From Candidatus Rokuibacteriota bacterium (GTDB lineage Bacteria > JAUVQV01 > DATDCY01), in contig JANOHV010000271.1 in the NCBI GenBank assembly GCA_031406795.1, forward strand, positions 1 to 43,045: DNA of 43,045 nt, written 5' to 3'. The notes below the pieces were generated by a model that saw nothing but the letters and a program-made list of their open reading frames with translations, was not told the DNA's origin and searched no databases. Of this stretch, positions 1 to 9,430 are shown one piece after another; the first letter of the stretch is position 1; each line of letters starts with the position of its first letter. The position numbers were made by a program, and so were the translations under genes.

Positions 1-21
1 GTTCTGAATTGATCCGACTTC

Positions 22-681
22 TCAGGGGACGCGATGGAATATCTCGTCGCGTCCCACCAGCCCGCCGCTCATGATCAGCCGGCAGGCCTGCTCCGTCGTG
101 ATGTCCGTATCGAACACCTGACTTTCGGCGACCATGAAGAAATGCCCGGTGGCGATGTTCGGCGAGTTCGGCAGGAAGACGTGCAGCAGCCTCTCGGCCG
201 GCTGTTTGCCCCCAACGCTGGTCTCCCGCGCTCCGGTCACGAACCCGATGCGGTAAAGCCCCTCCCCTCCCGGGTAGCGCATCAGCACCACCTTGTGGAA
301 TTTGTTCGAGTCCACGGCAACCAGCTGGCGGAGCATCTGCTGCACCGAACCATAGATCCCGCGCACGACCGGGATCCGCCCAAGCAGCTTCTCGAGTTCG
401 CGGACGAAGGAGCGCCCGAGGAGGTTCGCGCCCATGATCCCGACGAACTGGATGACCAGCAGCGTCAGGATGACCCCGATGCCGGGGACCGGGAACGGCA
501 GCCACGCCTCGGGGCGATAAGCAGCCGGCAAAATGGCCAGGACCCGGTCCATCCACTTCACCAGTGATGCCAGCACGTACCAGGTCAGCCAGAGGGGCAC
601 GATGACCAGCAGTCCGGTGATGAAGTGCCGCCGGGTGCGCTCGCGCAAGTGACGGAACAACTGCTGGACCCGGCCAATCAC
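22..681 (-). CDS. DUF502 family membrane protein
   Basis: FITGLLVIVPL...PGIG TM segments, RIPVVRGIYGSVQQ and VFLPNSPNIATG motifs typical of DUF502; GTG start overlaps the recO stop (GTGA). Confidence 0.88.
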   Translation of the reverse strand: MIGRVQQLFRHLRERTRRHFITGLLVIVPLWLTWYVLASLVKWMDRVLAILPAAYRPEAWLPFPVPGIGVILTLLVIQFVGIMGANLLGRSFVRELEKLLGRIPVVRGIYGSVQQMLRQLVAVDSNKFHKVVLMRYPGGEGLYRIGFVTGARETSVGGKQPAERLLHVFLPNSPNIATGHFFMVAESQVFDTDITTEQACRLIMSGGLVGRDEIFHRVP

Positions 682-1439
682 CGGAGGACCCCCAGTCTCT
701 CGATGAAGGCGCCGCTGCGCGGCCGGACGCCGGTCCGCGCCTCGATGAACGCATCGAGGAGGCGCGAGATTTCGCGCTCGGTGGCCGTGGTCGTCCGCAG
801 ACGCCGCGCCTGCCCCTCGGGGAGCGCGAGGGCCCGCACCATGAACCCGTGTGCCCCGGGGGTGACCGGCAGAGTTCGTTCGTCGCGCGCGGGCAGGCAG
901 GTGCGGCAGACCACGCCGCCCCCCTCCGGCGAGAGCAGCACGCCGGTCCCGGCCGCGACCTCCGTGCGGCAGCCGACACAGGAGAGCAGGTTCGGCGCAA
1001 AACCGCTCAGGGCGAGCAGCCTCAACGTGGCGATGATGCGGGCCAGACCCGGGCGGCTCTCGGTCTCGAGCCGGTTAAGAAAGTCCACGAGCAGCGAGAA
1101 CAGCTCAGGTTGCGTCTCACCCTCGGTCATGCAGATCGTCAGCAGTTCGAGGAAAGCCAGCGAATGGACGGTGCGGTCGAAGTCTGCGCGGATTCCCGGC
1201 CAGACTCGCTGCGGCACGAACGAGGAGAGGCGACCGAAGCTCCTCTCCCGCGAACTGCGGAAGACCAGTTCGCCCCCCTGGAGCGGCTCGAAAAAAGTAG
1301 TCGACGACACCCGTCGCGAGAGTCGCTTGGCATAGAGCCGCACGCCCCCCTGATTCTTCGTGAGGAATGTCAGGAGCCTCTCGCGCGGACCGGCCGGCGC
1401 GACCGCGACGATCACGGCGGGCTCGCTGATGAGCTGCAT
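678..1439 (-). CDS. recO: DNA repair protein RecO
   Basis: Zn-finger CVGC...CRTC after LSGFAPNL; N-terminal OB-fold-like region; directly downstream of era. Confidence 0.9.
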   Translation of the reverse strand: MQLISEPAVIVAVAPAGPRERLLTFLTKNQGGVRLYAKRLSRRVSSTTFFEPLQGGELVFRSSRERSFGRLSSFVPQRVWPGIRADFDRTVHSLAFLELLTICMTEGETQPELFSLLVDFLNRLETESRPGLARIIATLRLLALSGFAPNLLSCVGCRTEVAAGTGVLLSPEGGGVVCRTCLPARDERTLPVTPGAHGFMVRALALPEGQARRLRTTTATEREISRLLDAFIEARTGVRPRSGAFIERLGVLR

Positions 1440-1442
1440 CGC

Positions 1443-2360
1443 TCAGCCTTCCCGGGAGAAGCCGAACTCGCGAAGCGCGGCCTCGTCCTTGGTCCAGTTG
1501 CGGCGCACCTTGACCCAGAGGCCGAGGAAGACCGGCGCCCCCGTCAGATCGGCGATCGCCAGACGGGCCCGCTCGCCGATCCGGCGCAATCCGCTGCCGC
1601 CGGCCCCGATGATGATCCCCTTCTGCGAGTCGCGTTCGACGTACAGGGTCGCGCGGATGGTGTAGCGGTGCGGGTCCGGTTGTTCGCTGACTTCGTCGAT
1701 CACGACCGCGACGCTGTAGGGCAGTTCCTGGTGCAGGGAGTGGAAGATCTGCTCGCGGATCATCTCGGCGAAGAACTCGCGTTCCGGCTGGTCGCTCAGG
1801 ATCTCCGCCGGATGCCGCGGCTCGCCGACCGGGAGCACGGCGAGAACGGCGTCGATCAGGGCCGCAATGTTGCGTCCCGTACGCGCCGAAATCCCGACCA
1901 CCCCGGACCAGGCGCCGGTGGCGCGCTCGCGCTCCACGATCCCCGTCAGGACCCGCGGGGCGATGAGATCCGCCTTGTTCACGGCGAGAACGGCCGGCAG
2001 GCGCGCCGCACGCACCAGTTCGCGCAGCAGGGCATCCTCGGCGGGGTGATCCGCACCCGTCGGGTCGGTGACGGCGAGGATCGCGTCGGCGCCGGTGATC
2101 CCGCGCCGCGCCTCGGCCAGCAGACCGCGATTGATCGCCTGCTCGGCGGCATGCAGGCCGGGGGTGTCCACGACGACGAATTGTCCTCCCGGCGCGTTCA
2201 CGATGCCGCGCAGCCGGCGGCTCGTCGTTTGCGGCTTGGGCGAAACGATGACGAGCTTCTGGCCGATCAGCCGGTTGATGAGTGTGGATTTCCCGACATT
2301 GGTCAGCCCGAGGCAGGCGACCACGCCGGCACGGCCCGTCACCGGATCCCCCGCGCTCAC
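1443..2360 (-). CDS. era: GTPase Era
   Basis: G1 GLTNVGKST, SPKPQTT, DTPG, NKAD, and KH domain with ELPYS and SQKGIIIG. Confidence 0.96.
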   Translation of the reverse strand: MSAGDPVTGRAGVVACLGLTNVGKSTLINRLIGQKLVIVSPKPQTTSRRLRGIVNAPGGQFVVVDTPGLHAAEQAINRGLLAEARRGITGADAILAVTDPTGADHPAEDALLRELVRAARLPAVLAVNKADLIAPRVLTGIVERERATGAWSGVVGISARTGRNIAALIDAVLAVLPVGEPRHPAEILSDQPEREFFAEMIREQIFHSLHQELPYSVAVVIDEVSEQPDPHRYTIRATLYVERDSQKGIIIGAGGSGLRRIGERARLAIADLTGAPVFLGLWVKVRRNWTKDEAALREFGFSREG

Positions 2361-4183
2361 TGCCCGCCCCTACTGCCCGCAGCCGCATAGCCGAGGCTGT
2401 AGACGGGAATCGCGGCCTCCAGACCGCGAAAGCGCACCTCCCCGACATAGCCGAAGTGCAGCCACAGCAGCAGATCGCCGTCGTACCAGCGCACGCCTTC
2501 GATGCCACCTTCCCTGAACGGCTCGAAGGGGAGCTGTTTGCGCAGTCCATCGAGCAGGGGGCCGCTCACGACGATGCCGTGATTGACGAGGTGCCCCGCG
2601 CCGTCGATCGCGACCTCGCCCACGACGCGCGCTCCGGGGGTCTCCCGGGCGCCGGCAAGATCGCCCTCCGACGCCGAGAGCCGTCCGGCGGTGTTCACCT
2701 GCCGGCCGATGATCGTCGTCGAGGCCTGTTGCTCGTCGATCAGGAAGCGGGCGACTGCAACTCGTCCGGTGTGCAGGCTGATCCCGAGACGAAAGCAGGT
2801 GCGCCCGAGCAGGCGCATCCGCCCGAGCACCTGCTGCAGCGAGATCGCGGTGCGCACCGCCGCGAGCGCTTCTTCGCCGGGACGGGAGCTGCCGGTGAAG
2901 GTGGCCATGAAACCGTCGCCGAGGTACTTGTCCATCACGCCGCCGAAGCGCCTGACGATCAGCGCCGCGGGATCGAAGACCTCATACAGTTCGCGCGCCA
3001 GGTCCCCCTCCGAAATGGCGCCCTCCGAGGCGCGCGTGAAGCCCCGGATGTCGGCGAAGAGAATCGTGGTCGTGCGCACGCCGCTCTGGACAACCGTCGC
3101 GGGGCCGAAACGGTAGAGCCGCCCTTCGAGAAACTGCTCGCGGGTCTCCTGGTTATCGAGGGTCCCCGACTTGAACTCCAGGGCGCACCGCAGCAGGTGG
3201 ACCGTTTCGGCGCGACGGACACAGCGGGTGACCTCGGCGAAATCCTCGAACAGGTCGCTCCAGGAACGCTCGGCGGTGATTTCGCGGCGCAGGGTGCGGC
3301 TGCGCAGGAGCTGGGTGACGGCCCCTTCGAGATCGTGCAGGAGGTACTCGCGCACCGCATCGGCGAAAACCAGCCGGTTCCAGGACTCCACGGCGTCCGC
3401 GGGGGTGGGCGGGGGCAGGCCGCCGACCCGCAGGAGCAGGCCGCCGACCCCGCGGTCGCCGGCGGCGACCGCGCGGACCAGATGCGTGCGCAGAATCTCC
3501 AGGATTTCGGAAAAAGCCGCCGCGCCGATCCGGAAACGGCAGTTGCCGGGGACCAGCACCCGCGCCGGGTCGAAGGTGCGCGGATCGGTCTCGGTGAGCG
3601 CGAGCTGGTCTTCGATGACCGTCCGGACGATGGCGTCGTTCCAGGTTTCGCCGCGTCGGAAATCGTGAAGCGCCCGCTGGGGCCGCCCGGCCGCCGACCG
3701 CGAGCCCTCGTCGGCGCGCCGCATGATGCCGCACAGCAGCGGATGGATCTGATAGCGGATCTGCGAAACGGCTTCGGGGCCGCTGAAGTGCTTGTCCATC
3801 TGCTCCGCGACCTCGCGGCTGTGCGCGAGCCAGAAGATGTTCGCCAGGCCCTGCCGGCGATCGGCCGCGGCGACCATGCGCAGCGTCTCCTCGAGCGCCT
3901 CGAGATAGGCGCGCTCGGCGGCCTCCTCGGGCGAGCCGGGGCCGGGCATGATCGCGTGCCCCTGGCGCAAACCGCTCGCGGCGCCGCCGAGCCAGCGGAC
4001 GAACGCGTCCCTGAGCTGCAGACTGGTCTCGACCGCGATGCGCTCTCTCCCCGCGGCGTCGCGGTCGCCGTGGGGGATCTTCGGCGGCGGGGCGCCAAAG
4101 AGCACGGCGCTCTCCTCGGGGGTTCCCAGCAGGAAAGAGACACCCTGCCGCTGCTGCCCGGCAAGCAGAGACGCGAAGCCCAT
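2357..4183 (-). CDS. Class III adenylate/guanylate cyclase domain protein with large uncharacterised N-terminal region
   Basis: LFADIRGFT, DKYLGDG, GISLHTG and TTIIGRQVNTAGRL motifs in the C-terminal ~230 aa; no obvious TM helix. Confidence 0.88.
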   Translation of the reverse strand: MGFASLLAGQQRQGVSFLLGTPEESAVLFGAPPPKIPHGDRDAAGRERIAVETSLQLRDAFVRWLGGAASGLRQGHAIMPGPGSPEEAAERAYLEALEETLRMVAAADRRQGLANIFWLAHSREVAEQMDKHFSGPEAVSQIRYQIHPLLCGIMRRADEGSRSAAGRPQRALHDFRRGETWNDAIVRTVIEDQLALTETDPRTFDPARVLVPGNCRFRIGAAAFSEILEILRTHLVRAVAAGDRGVGGLLLRVGGLPPPTPADAVESWNRLVFADAVREYLLHDLEGAVTQLLRSRTLRREITAERSWSDLFEDFAEVTRCVRRAETVHLLRCALEFKSGTLDNQETREQFLEGRLYRFGPATVVQSGVRTTTILFADIRGFTRASEGAISEGDLARELYEVFDPAALIVRRFGGVMDKYLGDGFMATFTGSSRPGEEALAAVRTAISLQQVLGRMRLLGRTCFRLGISLHTGRVAVARFLIDEQQASTTIIGRQVNTAGRLSASEGDLAGARETPGARVVGEVAIDGAGHLVNHGIVVSGPLLDGLRKQLPFEPFREGGIEGVRWYDGDLLLWLHFGYVGEVRFRGLEAAIPVYSLGYAAAGSRGGQ

Positions 4184-4193
4184 CAGCGCTCGC

Positions 4194-4667
4194 TCAAGGA
4201 GCGCCGACGACCGTTGCCGGACCCTGTTCGCGCCAGATGCGGTCGAGAATGCCGTTCACGAACGCCCCGGAATCTTCGGTGCTGAATTTCTTGGCGATTT
4301 CGATGTACTCGTTGATCGTGACCTTCGGCGGTATGTCATCGCGGTGGAGCAGCTCGAAGATCGCCAGGCGCAGGATGGTGCGGTCGATGGCCGCCATGCG
4401 AGCGGGGTCCCAGTGCTCGGAGGCCGCAAGAATGCGCTGATCGATCGACTCGCGCTGGCGCTCGGCCCCGCGCACGAGCTCTTCGGCAAAGGCGCGGATG
4501 TCCGGTTGCGCCACCCCCTGGCTCTCCCAGAACGAGGCGATGACCGCCTCGACGGGCTCGCCGCCCGCGTCGCGCTGATAGAGGATCTGCAGGGCGAACT
4601 CGCGCGACTGCCGGCGGCGGCTCGGCCGGGGGCCGGCACCCGTGCTAGGCGCGGAGCCGGGCGGCAA
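4194..4667 (-). CDS. nusB: Transcription antitermination factor NusB (start uncertain: TTG 4667 or GTG 4688)
   Basis: RRRQSREFALQILYQ, DRTILRLAIFEL, INEYIEIAKKFS, FVNGILD; follows ribH. Confidence 0.93.
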   Translation of the reverse strand: MPPGSAPSTGAGPRPSRRRQSREFALQILYQRDAGGEPVEAVIASFWESQGVAQPDIRAFAEELVRGAERQRESIDQRILAASEHWDPARMAAIDRTILRLAIFELLHRDDIPPKVTINEYIEIAKKFSTEDSGAFVNGILDRIWREQGPATVVGAP

Positions 4668-5133
4668 GGTCGGACATCTCCAGCGCACTCAGCGCGGCGC
4701 TGAACCCCTTGTTCCCGAGCTTGGCGCCGGCCCTCTCGACCGCCTGATCGACGGTGTCGGCCAGCACCACGCCGTTGATCACCGGCGCGGGACCTTCCAG
4801 CATGATCTGCGCCAGGCACTTGGTGACCTCCGCCGCCAGGTAATCGAAGTGCGGGGTCGCGCCGCGGATGACCGCACCGAGACAGATGATCGCGTCGTAG
4901 CGCGCCGCGCCCTTCTTGCCGCTGCCGCGCTGCAGCGCCTGGGCCGCGAAGCCGATCTCGAACGCGCCGGGAACCCAGGCGACATCGATGTCGCCCGCCG
5001 CGACGCCGTTGCGCACCAGGGCGTCGCGAGCGCCCTCGAGCAGCCGCCCGGTGATGAAGTCGTTGAAGCGGGAGACGACGATCGCGAACCGCCGCCCCTT
5101 GCCGTCGATCTGGCCCTCGAATGTCGTGCCCAT
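4645..5133 (-). CDS. ribH: 6,7-dimethyl-8-ribityllumazine synthase
   Basis: SRFNDFIT, VPGAFEI, GAVIRGATPHFDY, GNKG motifs. Confidence 0.97.
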   Translation of the reverse strand: MGTTFEGQIDGKGRRFAIVVSRFNDFITGRLLEGARDALVRNGVAAGDIDVAWVPGAFEIGFAAQALQRGSGKKGAARYDAIICLGAVIRGATPHFDYLAAEVTKCLAQIMLEGPAPVINGVVLADTVDQAVERAGAKLGNKGFSAALSALEMSDLAARLRA

Positions 5134-5166
5134 GGTTCCTCCCGTCGACTGCGTGATGGCTGGTGC

Positions 5167-6402
5167 TCAGACCTGCTCGAACAGATGCCCGAGCTTGGCC
5201 TTCTTGGTTTTGAGATAGCGCTTGTTGCGGCTCTGCGGCCGCACCTCGATGGGAATCCGTTCCACCACGTCGAGCCCGTAGCCCTTGAGTCCGATGATCT
5301 TCTTGGGGTTGTTCGTCATCAGCCGCAGATGTCGCAGCCCGAGGTCGGCGAGAATCTGGGCGCCGATCCCGTAGTCGCGCAGATCCGCCTTGAAACCGAG
5401 GCGCAGGTTGGCCTGCACCGTGTCCAGTCCCTGGTCCTGCAGCTCGTAGGCCCGCAGCTTGTTGAGCAGCCCGATGCCCCGCCCTTCCTGGCGCATGTAG
5501 AGGATCACGCCGCGGCCCTCCGCAGCGATCATCTCCTGGGCGCGCTCGAGCTGCTCGCCGCAGTCGCAGCGCTGCGAGCCGAAGACGTCGCCGGTGAGAC
5601 ATTCGGAGTGCACCCGGACCAGCACCCGGTCCTTCGGGCCGAACTCGCCCTTGACCAGCGCCACGTGGTGGAAGGAATCGACGTCGTTCTCGTACATGAT
5701 CGCCCGGAAATCGCCGTAGCGCTCCGTCGGGATCACCGCCTGCGCGGCGCGCCGGATCAGCGAGTCGTTGCTCAACCGGTAGCGGATCAGGTCGGCGATC
5801 GTGCCGATCTTCAGCCCGTGCTTCCGCCCGAACTTGCGCAGGTCGGGAAGGCGCGCCATGGTGCCGTCGTCGTTCATGATCTCGCAGATCACGCCGGCCG
5901 GCACCAGGCCCGCCATGCGCGCGAGATCGACCGAGCCCTCGGTCTGGCCCGCGCGGCGCAACACGCCGCCGGGCGAGGCCTTGAGCGGAAAGATATGGCC
6001 GGGCCGCACCAGGTCGTCCGGCCGGGCGTCGGGCGCGATGGCCGCGAGGATCGTCGTCGCGCGGTCCGCGGCCGAGATGCCGGTCGTCACCCCGCGGCGC
6101 GCCTCGATGGAGACCGTGAACGCCGTCCCGTAGTGGGCCGTGTTGTCGGAGGCCATCGGCGGCAGGCCCAGGTTGCGGACCGCCTGCTCTTCGAGCGTCA
6201 GACAGATCAGGCCCCGCCCGTGCTTGGCCATGAAGTTGATCGCCGCCGGCGTGACCTTCTCGGCCGCCATCGTCAGGTCGCCCTCGTTCTCGCGGTCCTC
6301 GTCGTCGATCAGAATCACCATCTTTCCGCGGCGGATGTCGGCGATCAACTCCTCGACACTCGCCAGCGGTGCGTTGTCACTGCGCGTTCGCGCCACGGCC
6401 AT
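5167..6402 (-). CDS. ribBA: Bifunctional DHBP synthase / GTP cyclohydrolase II
   Basis: [41 protein letters not shown]. Confidence 0.97.
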   Translation of the reverse strand: MAVARTRSDNAPLASVEELIADIRRGKMVILIDDEDRENEGDLTMAAEKVTPAAINFMAKHGRGLICLTLEEQAVRNLGLPPMASDNTAHYGTAFTVSIEARRGVTTGISAADRATTILAAIAPDARPDDLVRPGHIFPLKASPGGVLRRAGQTEGSVDLARMAGLVPAGVICEIMNDDGTMARLPDLRKFGRKHGLKIGTIADLIRYRLSNDSLIRRAAQAVIPTERYGDFRAIMYENDVDSFHHVALVKGEFGPKDRVLVRVHSECLTGDVFGSQRCDCGEQLERAQEMIAAEGRGVILYMRQEGRGIGLLNKLRAYELQDQGLDTVQANLRLGFKADLRDYGIGAQILADLGLRHLRLMTNNPKKIIGLKGYGLDVVERIPIEVRPQSRNKRYLKTKKAKLGHLFEQV

Positions 6403-6411
6403 GTTCTCCTC

Positions 6412-7047
6412 CTACTCCTCGCGTCGCGGCACCGATGCGGCGCGTCCCGCGCCGGCCGGCTGTCGCTCCAGAAAACGTTTCACCAGTTTCGCCAGGTAGT
6501 CGACCTCGAGGTTGACCTCGTCGCCGACCCTGCGCAACCCGAGCGTCGTCCGGCCGACGGTTTCGGGGATCAGGTACAACCAGAAGCCGTCGCGCTCGAG
6601 CGCACCCGCGGTCAGGCTCACCCCGTCGACGGCGATGGACCCTTTGGAAACCTGCAGGTCCATGACCGCCGGAGGCGCCGCCACGAGCACTTCGAGTCCG
6701 GCGGCGGTGGGCCGCAACCGCCTGATCCTGCCGACCGCGTCGACGTGCCCGAGGACCACGTGCCCGCCGAGCGGGTCGCTGGCGCTGACCGGACGCTCGA
6801 GGTTGACCCGGGCGCCGCTGCGCAGTCCGCCGAGCGTCGTGCTCTTCTGCGTCTCGGCCGAGAGGTCGGCGGTGAACGAGCGCTCCGCGAGCTCCGTCGC
6901 GGTCAGACAGACCCCGTTGACGGCCATGGAGTCTCCGGCGCGCAGCGCACCCCGCCCCGGGTCGTAGCCGACGCGCAGCCGCACGAAGCCCCCGCGCCGC
7001 TCGGCGCCGAGCACCGCGCCGATCTCCTGGATCAGGCCGGTGAACAC
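6412..7047 (-). CDS. ribE: Riboflavin synthase
   Basis: Starts (M)FTGLIQE at GTG 7047; [28 protein letters not shown]. The ORF-track extension to 7512 overlaps ribD and is spurious. Confidence 0.95.
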   Translation of the reverse strand: MFTGLIQEIGAVLGAERRGGFVRLRVGYDPGRGALRAGDSMAVNGVCLTATELAERSFTADLSAETQKSTTLGGLRSGARVNLERPVSASDPLGGHVVLGHVDAVGRIRRLRPTAAGLEVLVAAPPAVMDLQVSKGSIAVDGVSLTAGALERDGFWLYLIPETVGRTTLGLRRVGDEVNLEVDYLAKLVKRFLERQPAGAGRAASVPRREE

Positions 7048-8150
7048 GCCGGCTCCCGCAGATAGCCCTCGACCATGATGTCTTCTCCCACCGTGTTCCA
7101 GCGGACGCCGCGCAGGCGCGCGGCCTGCGCCAGCGGTCCGATGCCGCGACCGCCGATGACGGGGGGGGCGTCCCGACCGCCGATCAGCAGCGGCGCGATG
7201 AAGAAGACCAGCTTGTCGACGATCCCGGCCTCCAGACTGGAGGCGGCGATTTCCGATCCGCCCTCGATGAGCACGCTGGTGATACCGAGGGCGTACAGAC
7301 GCTCGACGACCAGCCGCAGGTCGACGCGCCTCTCGCCGCCGTCGACGACGATGACCTCGGCGCCCAGCGCGCGCAACTCGCGCACGCGCGCTTCGGGCGC
7401 GTGGGGCCCGGCGATCAGGATCGTGCGGCCGCGATTGCGGTGGGAGAGCACCCGGGCGCGGCTCGGGATGCGCAGGTGGCTGTCGATGACGACCCGGTCG
7501 GGGTGGCGGCAATCGGCCCCCGCAAGACGCGTGGTCAGGTCCGGATCGTCCGCCAGGATCGTGCCGATGCCGACCAGAACGGCGTCGATCGTGTCGCGCA
7601 TCTCGTGGACCCGCTTGCGCGAGGCCTCGCCGGTGATCCAGCGCGCCTCCCCGGTCCTGGTTGCCGTCTTCCCGTCGAGGCTCATGCCGATCTTGAGCGT
7701 GACGTGCGGCAGGCCTGTGGTCATGTTCGTGCAGTAGACTTCATTGAGTCGCACCGCCTCGGCGCCGAGCAAGCCGACGTGAACCTTGATCCCGGCCGCC
7801 TGCAGCCGCTTGATCCCGCTGCCGTCGACTTTCGGGTTCGGATCGCGCATGGCCGCAAAAACCCGGCGGACGCCGGCCTGGATGATGGCGTCGGCGCACG
7901 GCGGGGTACGTCCGTGGTGCGAGCACGGTTCGAGATTGACGTAGAGATCGGCGCCGGCGGCGGCGGACCCGGCCTGCGTGAGCGCGATCGCCTCGGCGTG
8001 CAGCTCGCCGGCGCGGGCGTGGTAGCCCTCACCGACGATTTCCTCACTCCGGACGAGCACCGCTCCCACCAGCGGATTGGGGCTGGTCCTCCCGCGGGCG
8101 CCGGCGCCGAGCTCGAGCGCCCGCGCCATGTAACGACGGCGCCCGCTCAC
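7032..8150 (-). CDS. ribD: Riboflavin biosynthesis deaminase/reductase RibD
   Basis: PNPLVGAV, HAE, LEPCSHHGRTPPC, SLDGK, IEGG. Confidence 0.96.
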   Translation of the reverse strand: MSGRRRYMARALELGAGARGRTSPNPLVGAVLVRSEEIVGEGYHARAGELHAEAIALTQAGSAAAGADLYVNLEPCSHHGRTPPCADAIIQAGVRRVFAAMRDPNPKVDGSGIKRLQAAGIKVHVGLLGAEAVRLNEVYCTNMTTGLPHVTLKIGMSLDGKTATRTGEARWITGEASRKRVHEMRDTIDAVLVGIGTILADDPDLTTRLAGADCRHPDRVVIDSHLRIPSRARVLSHRNRGRTILIAGPHAPEARVRELRALGAEVIVVDGGERRVDLRLVVERLYALGITSVLIEGGSEIAASSLEAGIVDKLVFFIAPLLIGGRDAPPVIGGRGIGPLAQAARLRGVRWNTVGEDIMVEGYLREPACSPA

Positions 8151-8440
8151 GGGGTGACGCGATTGACCCGTTCGCGCAGCTCTTTACCGGCCTTGAAGAC
8201 CGGCACTTTCTTCGCGTTGATGTTCACCTGGCTCCCGGTTTTCGGGTTGCGCCCGTCGCGAGAGCGGCGATCCTTGACCTTGAAGGAACCGAAGCCGCGA
8301 ATCTCCACCCGGGGGTCGTTCTCCGAGGCCAGCGCGAGCTTGATGCTGTCGAAGATCTCGTTGACGATCACCTCGGTCTGTTTCTTGGTCAAACCCTCTA
8401 TCTTCTCCGACACCTGCTCGATCAATTCCGACTTTGTCAT
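8147..8440 (-). CDS. ihfB: Integration host factor beta / HU family DNA-binding protein
   Basis: MTKSELI, RVEIRGFGSF, GRNPKTG, FKAGKELRERVN. Confidence 0.88.
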   Translation of the reverse strand: MTKSELIEQVSEKIEGLTKKQTEVIVNEIFDSIKLALASENDPRVEIRGFGSFKVKDRRSRDGRNPKTGSQVNINAKKVPVFKAGKELRERVNRVTP

Positions 8441-8484
8441 GCCCGATCCCTCCCCTGCCGTTTGCGGGCGGTTTCTCCTGCAAG

Positions 8485-8525
8485 ATTATAGAGTTGCGCC
8501 CTGCGGGGGTCAAACTGTTTTTTTT
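8485..8525 (-). promoter_or_regulatory. Sigma70-type promoter of the ihfB-rib-nusB-era operon
   Basis: Minus strand TTGACC (8513-8508), 17-nt spacer, TATAAT (8490-8485), with an upstream A-tract (UP-element-like). Confidence 0.8.
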
Positions 8526-8541
8526 GCGACTCCCGCGCCGG

Positions 8542-8832
8542 CTACGAGGGCATCTGAATGCGCAGCGCGCGAAGAAACTTCCGATCGAAAGCCGAAAGGC
8601 GCCTGATGGAAACCGGCCGCTCGGACACGACCGGCCCGATCAGCGTCTCCTGGATCTCCTCGGCACGCTCGCCCGTGCCGGTGCGCGTCAGCACAACGCC
8701 GACGGTCAGGCTCGGGGTGTACCCGCGATTCTCGATCTCGTGAAGCAATTCCTGGAGTTTCTCGGAACCCCGGATTGCGTCCTTCAGGGCCTCGCTCATG
8801 TGTTCGAAGAGCCCCTTGAGGTCATCATCCAT
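8542..8832 (-). CDS. Hypothetical protein (~96 aa)
   Basis: MDDDLKGLFEHMSEALKDAI...LSAFDRKFLRALRI; natural-looking composition; ATG overlaps the end of the upstream DUF151 gene. Start could instead be 8859. Confidence 0.7.
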   Translation of the reverse strand: MDDDLKGLFEHMSEALKDAIRGSEKLQELLHEIENRGYTPSLTVGVVLTRTGTGERAEEIQETLIGPVVSERPVSIRRLSAFDRKFLRALRIQMPS

Positions 8833-9376
8833 CTGCACGGTCAGTCCTTTCTCGGTCATCGGTTCCGGGGGCGGCCCCACCCGGGGAGTTCCTGGAAAAA
8901 TCAGCCGGCGTGATGTGATCGATCCATCGCCGCCACTGATCGGGCTCGCCAAGATCCTCCGTCACTTCAATGCCGCGCGAGCGGGCAAGAACATCCTGCG
9001 TGACAAAAATCGGGGCGCCGGTCCGCAACGCGAGCGCGATGGCGTCGCTTGGCCGGGCATCCAGACGATGCTCGCGGCCCTCGCGGCTCAGATAAATCGA
9101 GGCGAAGAAGGTGTTCTCCAGCAGATTGTCGACGACCATGCGCTCCATCCGGGCGTCGAGCAAGCTCAAGACATTCTTCAGTAAATCGTGCGTCATCGGC
9201 CGGGGGGTGACAACTTTCTCCATCTCGATGGCGATGGCGTTCGCCTCGAACAACCCGATCCAGATCGGCAGCAGCCGCGTCCCGCCAGCCGCCTTGAGGA
9301 TCACGATCGGGGCGTTTGTCACCGGGTCGAGGGCCAGCCCGCGCACGGTCATGGGGTGATCATCCTGAGCATTCAC
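8825..9376 (-). CDS. Bifunctional nuclease family protein (DUF151)
   Basis: LPIWIGLFEANAI, RPMTHDLL, DARPSDAIALALR. Confidence 0.93.
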   Translation of the reverse strand: MNAQDDHPMTVRGLALDPVTNAPIVILKAAGGTRLLPIWIGLFEANAIAIEMEKVVTPRPMTHDLLKNVLSLLDARMERMVVDNLLENTFFASIYLSREGREHRLDARPSDAIALALRTGAPIFVTQDVLARSRGIEVTEDLGEPDQWRRWIDHITPADFSRNSPGGAAPGTDDRERTDRADG

Positions 9377-9399
9377 GGTTCCGCCACTCCTCTGCCGGT

Positions 9400-9428
9400 A
9401 CTATAGCATCCGGAAGGAGGCGTTGCAA
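9400..9428 (-). promoter_or_regulatory. Sigma70-type promoter of the DUF151 gene
   Basis: TTGCAA, 17-nt spacer, TATAGT with an extended -10 TG. Confidence 0.65.
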
Positions 9429-9430
9429 AT

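Noticed and set aside
2357-4183. Pycsar/CBASS-type defence cyclase
   Set aside because: Adenine-specifying Lys/Thr are retained, no adjacent TIR or TM effector is present, and the context is housekeeping.
4642-7065. 807-aa plus-strand ORF and other long antisense ORFs (e.g. 849-2390, 2282-4285, 15633-17648, 20416-22635, 33034-34665)
   Set aside because: They are shadows of well-supported genes on the opposite strand, expected with GC-rich codon bias, and carry no recognisable motifs.
8441-8541. FMN riboswitch ahead of the rib genes
   Set aside because: The promoter leaves only a ~40-nt leader before ihfB, and ribD overlaps ihfB; no RFN motif is seen.
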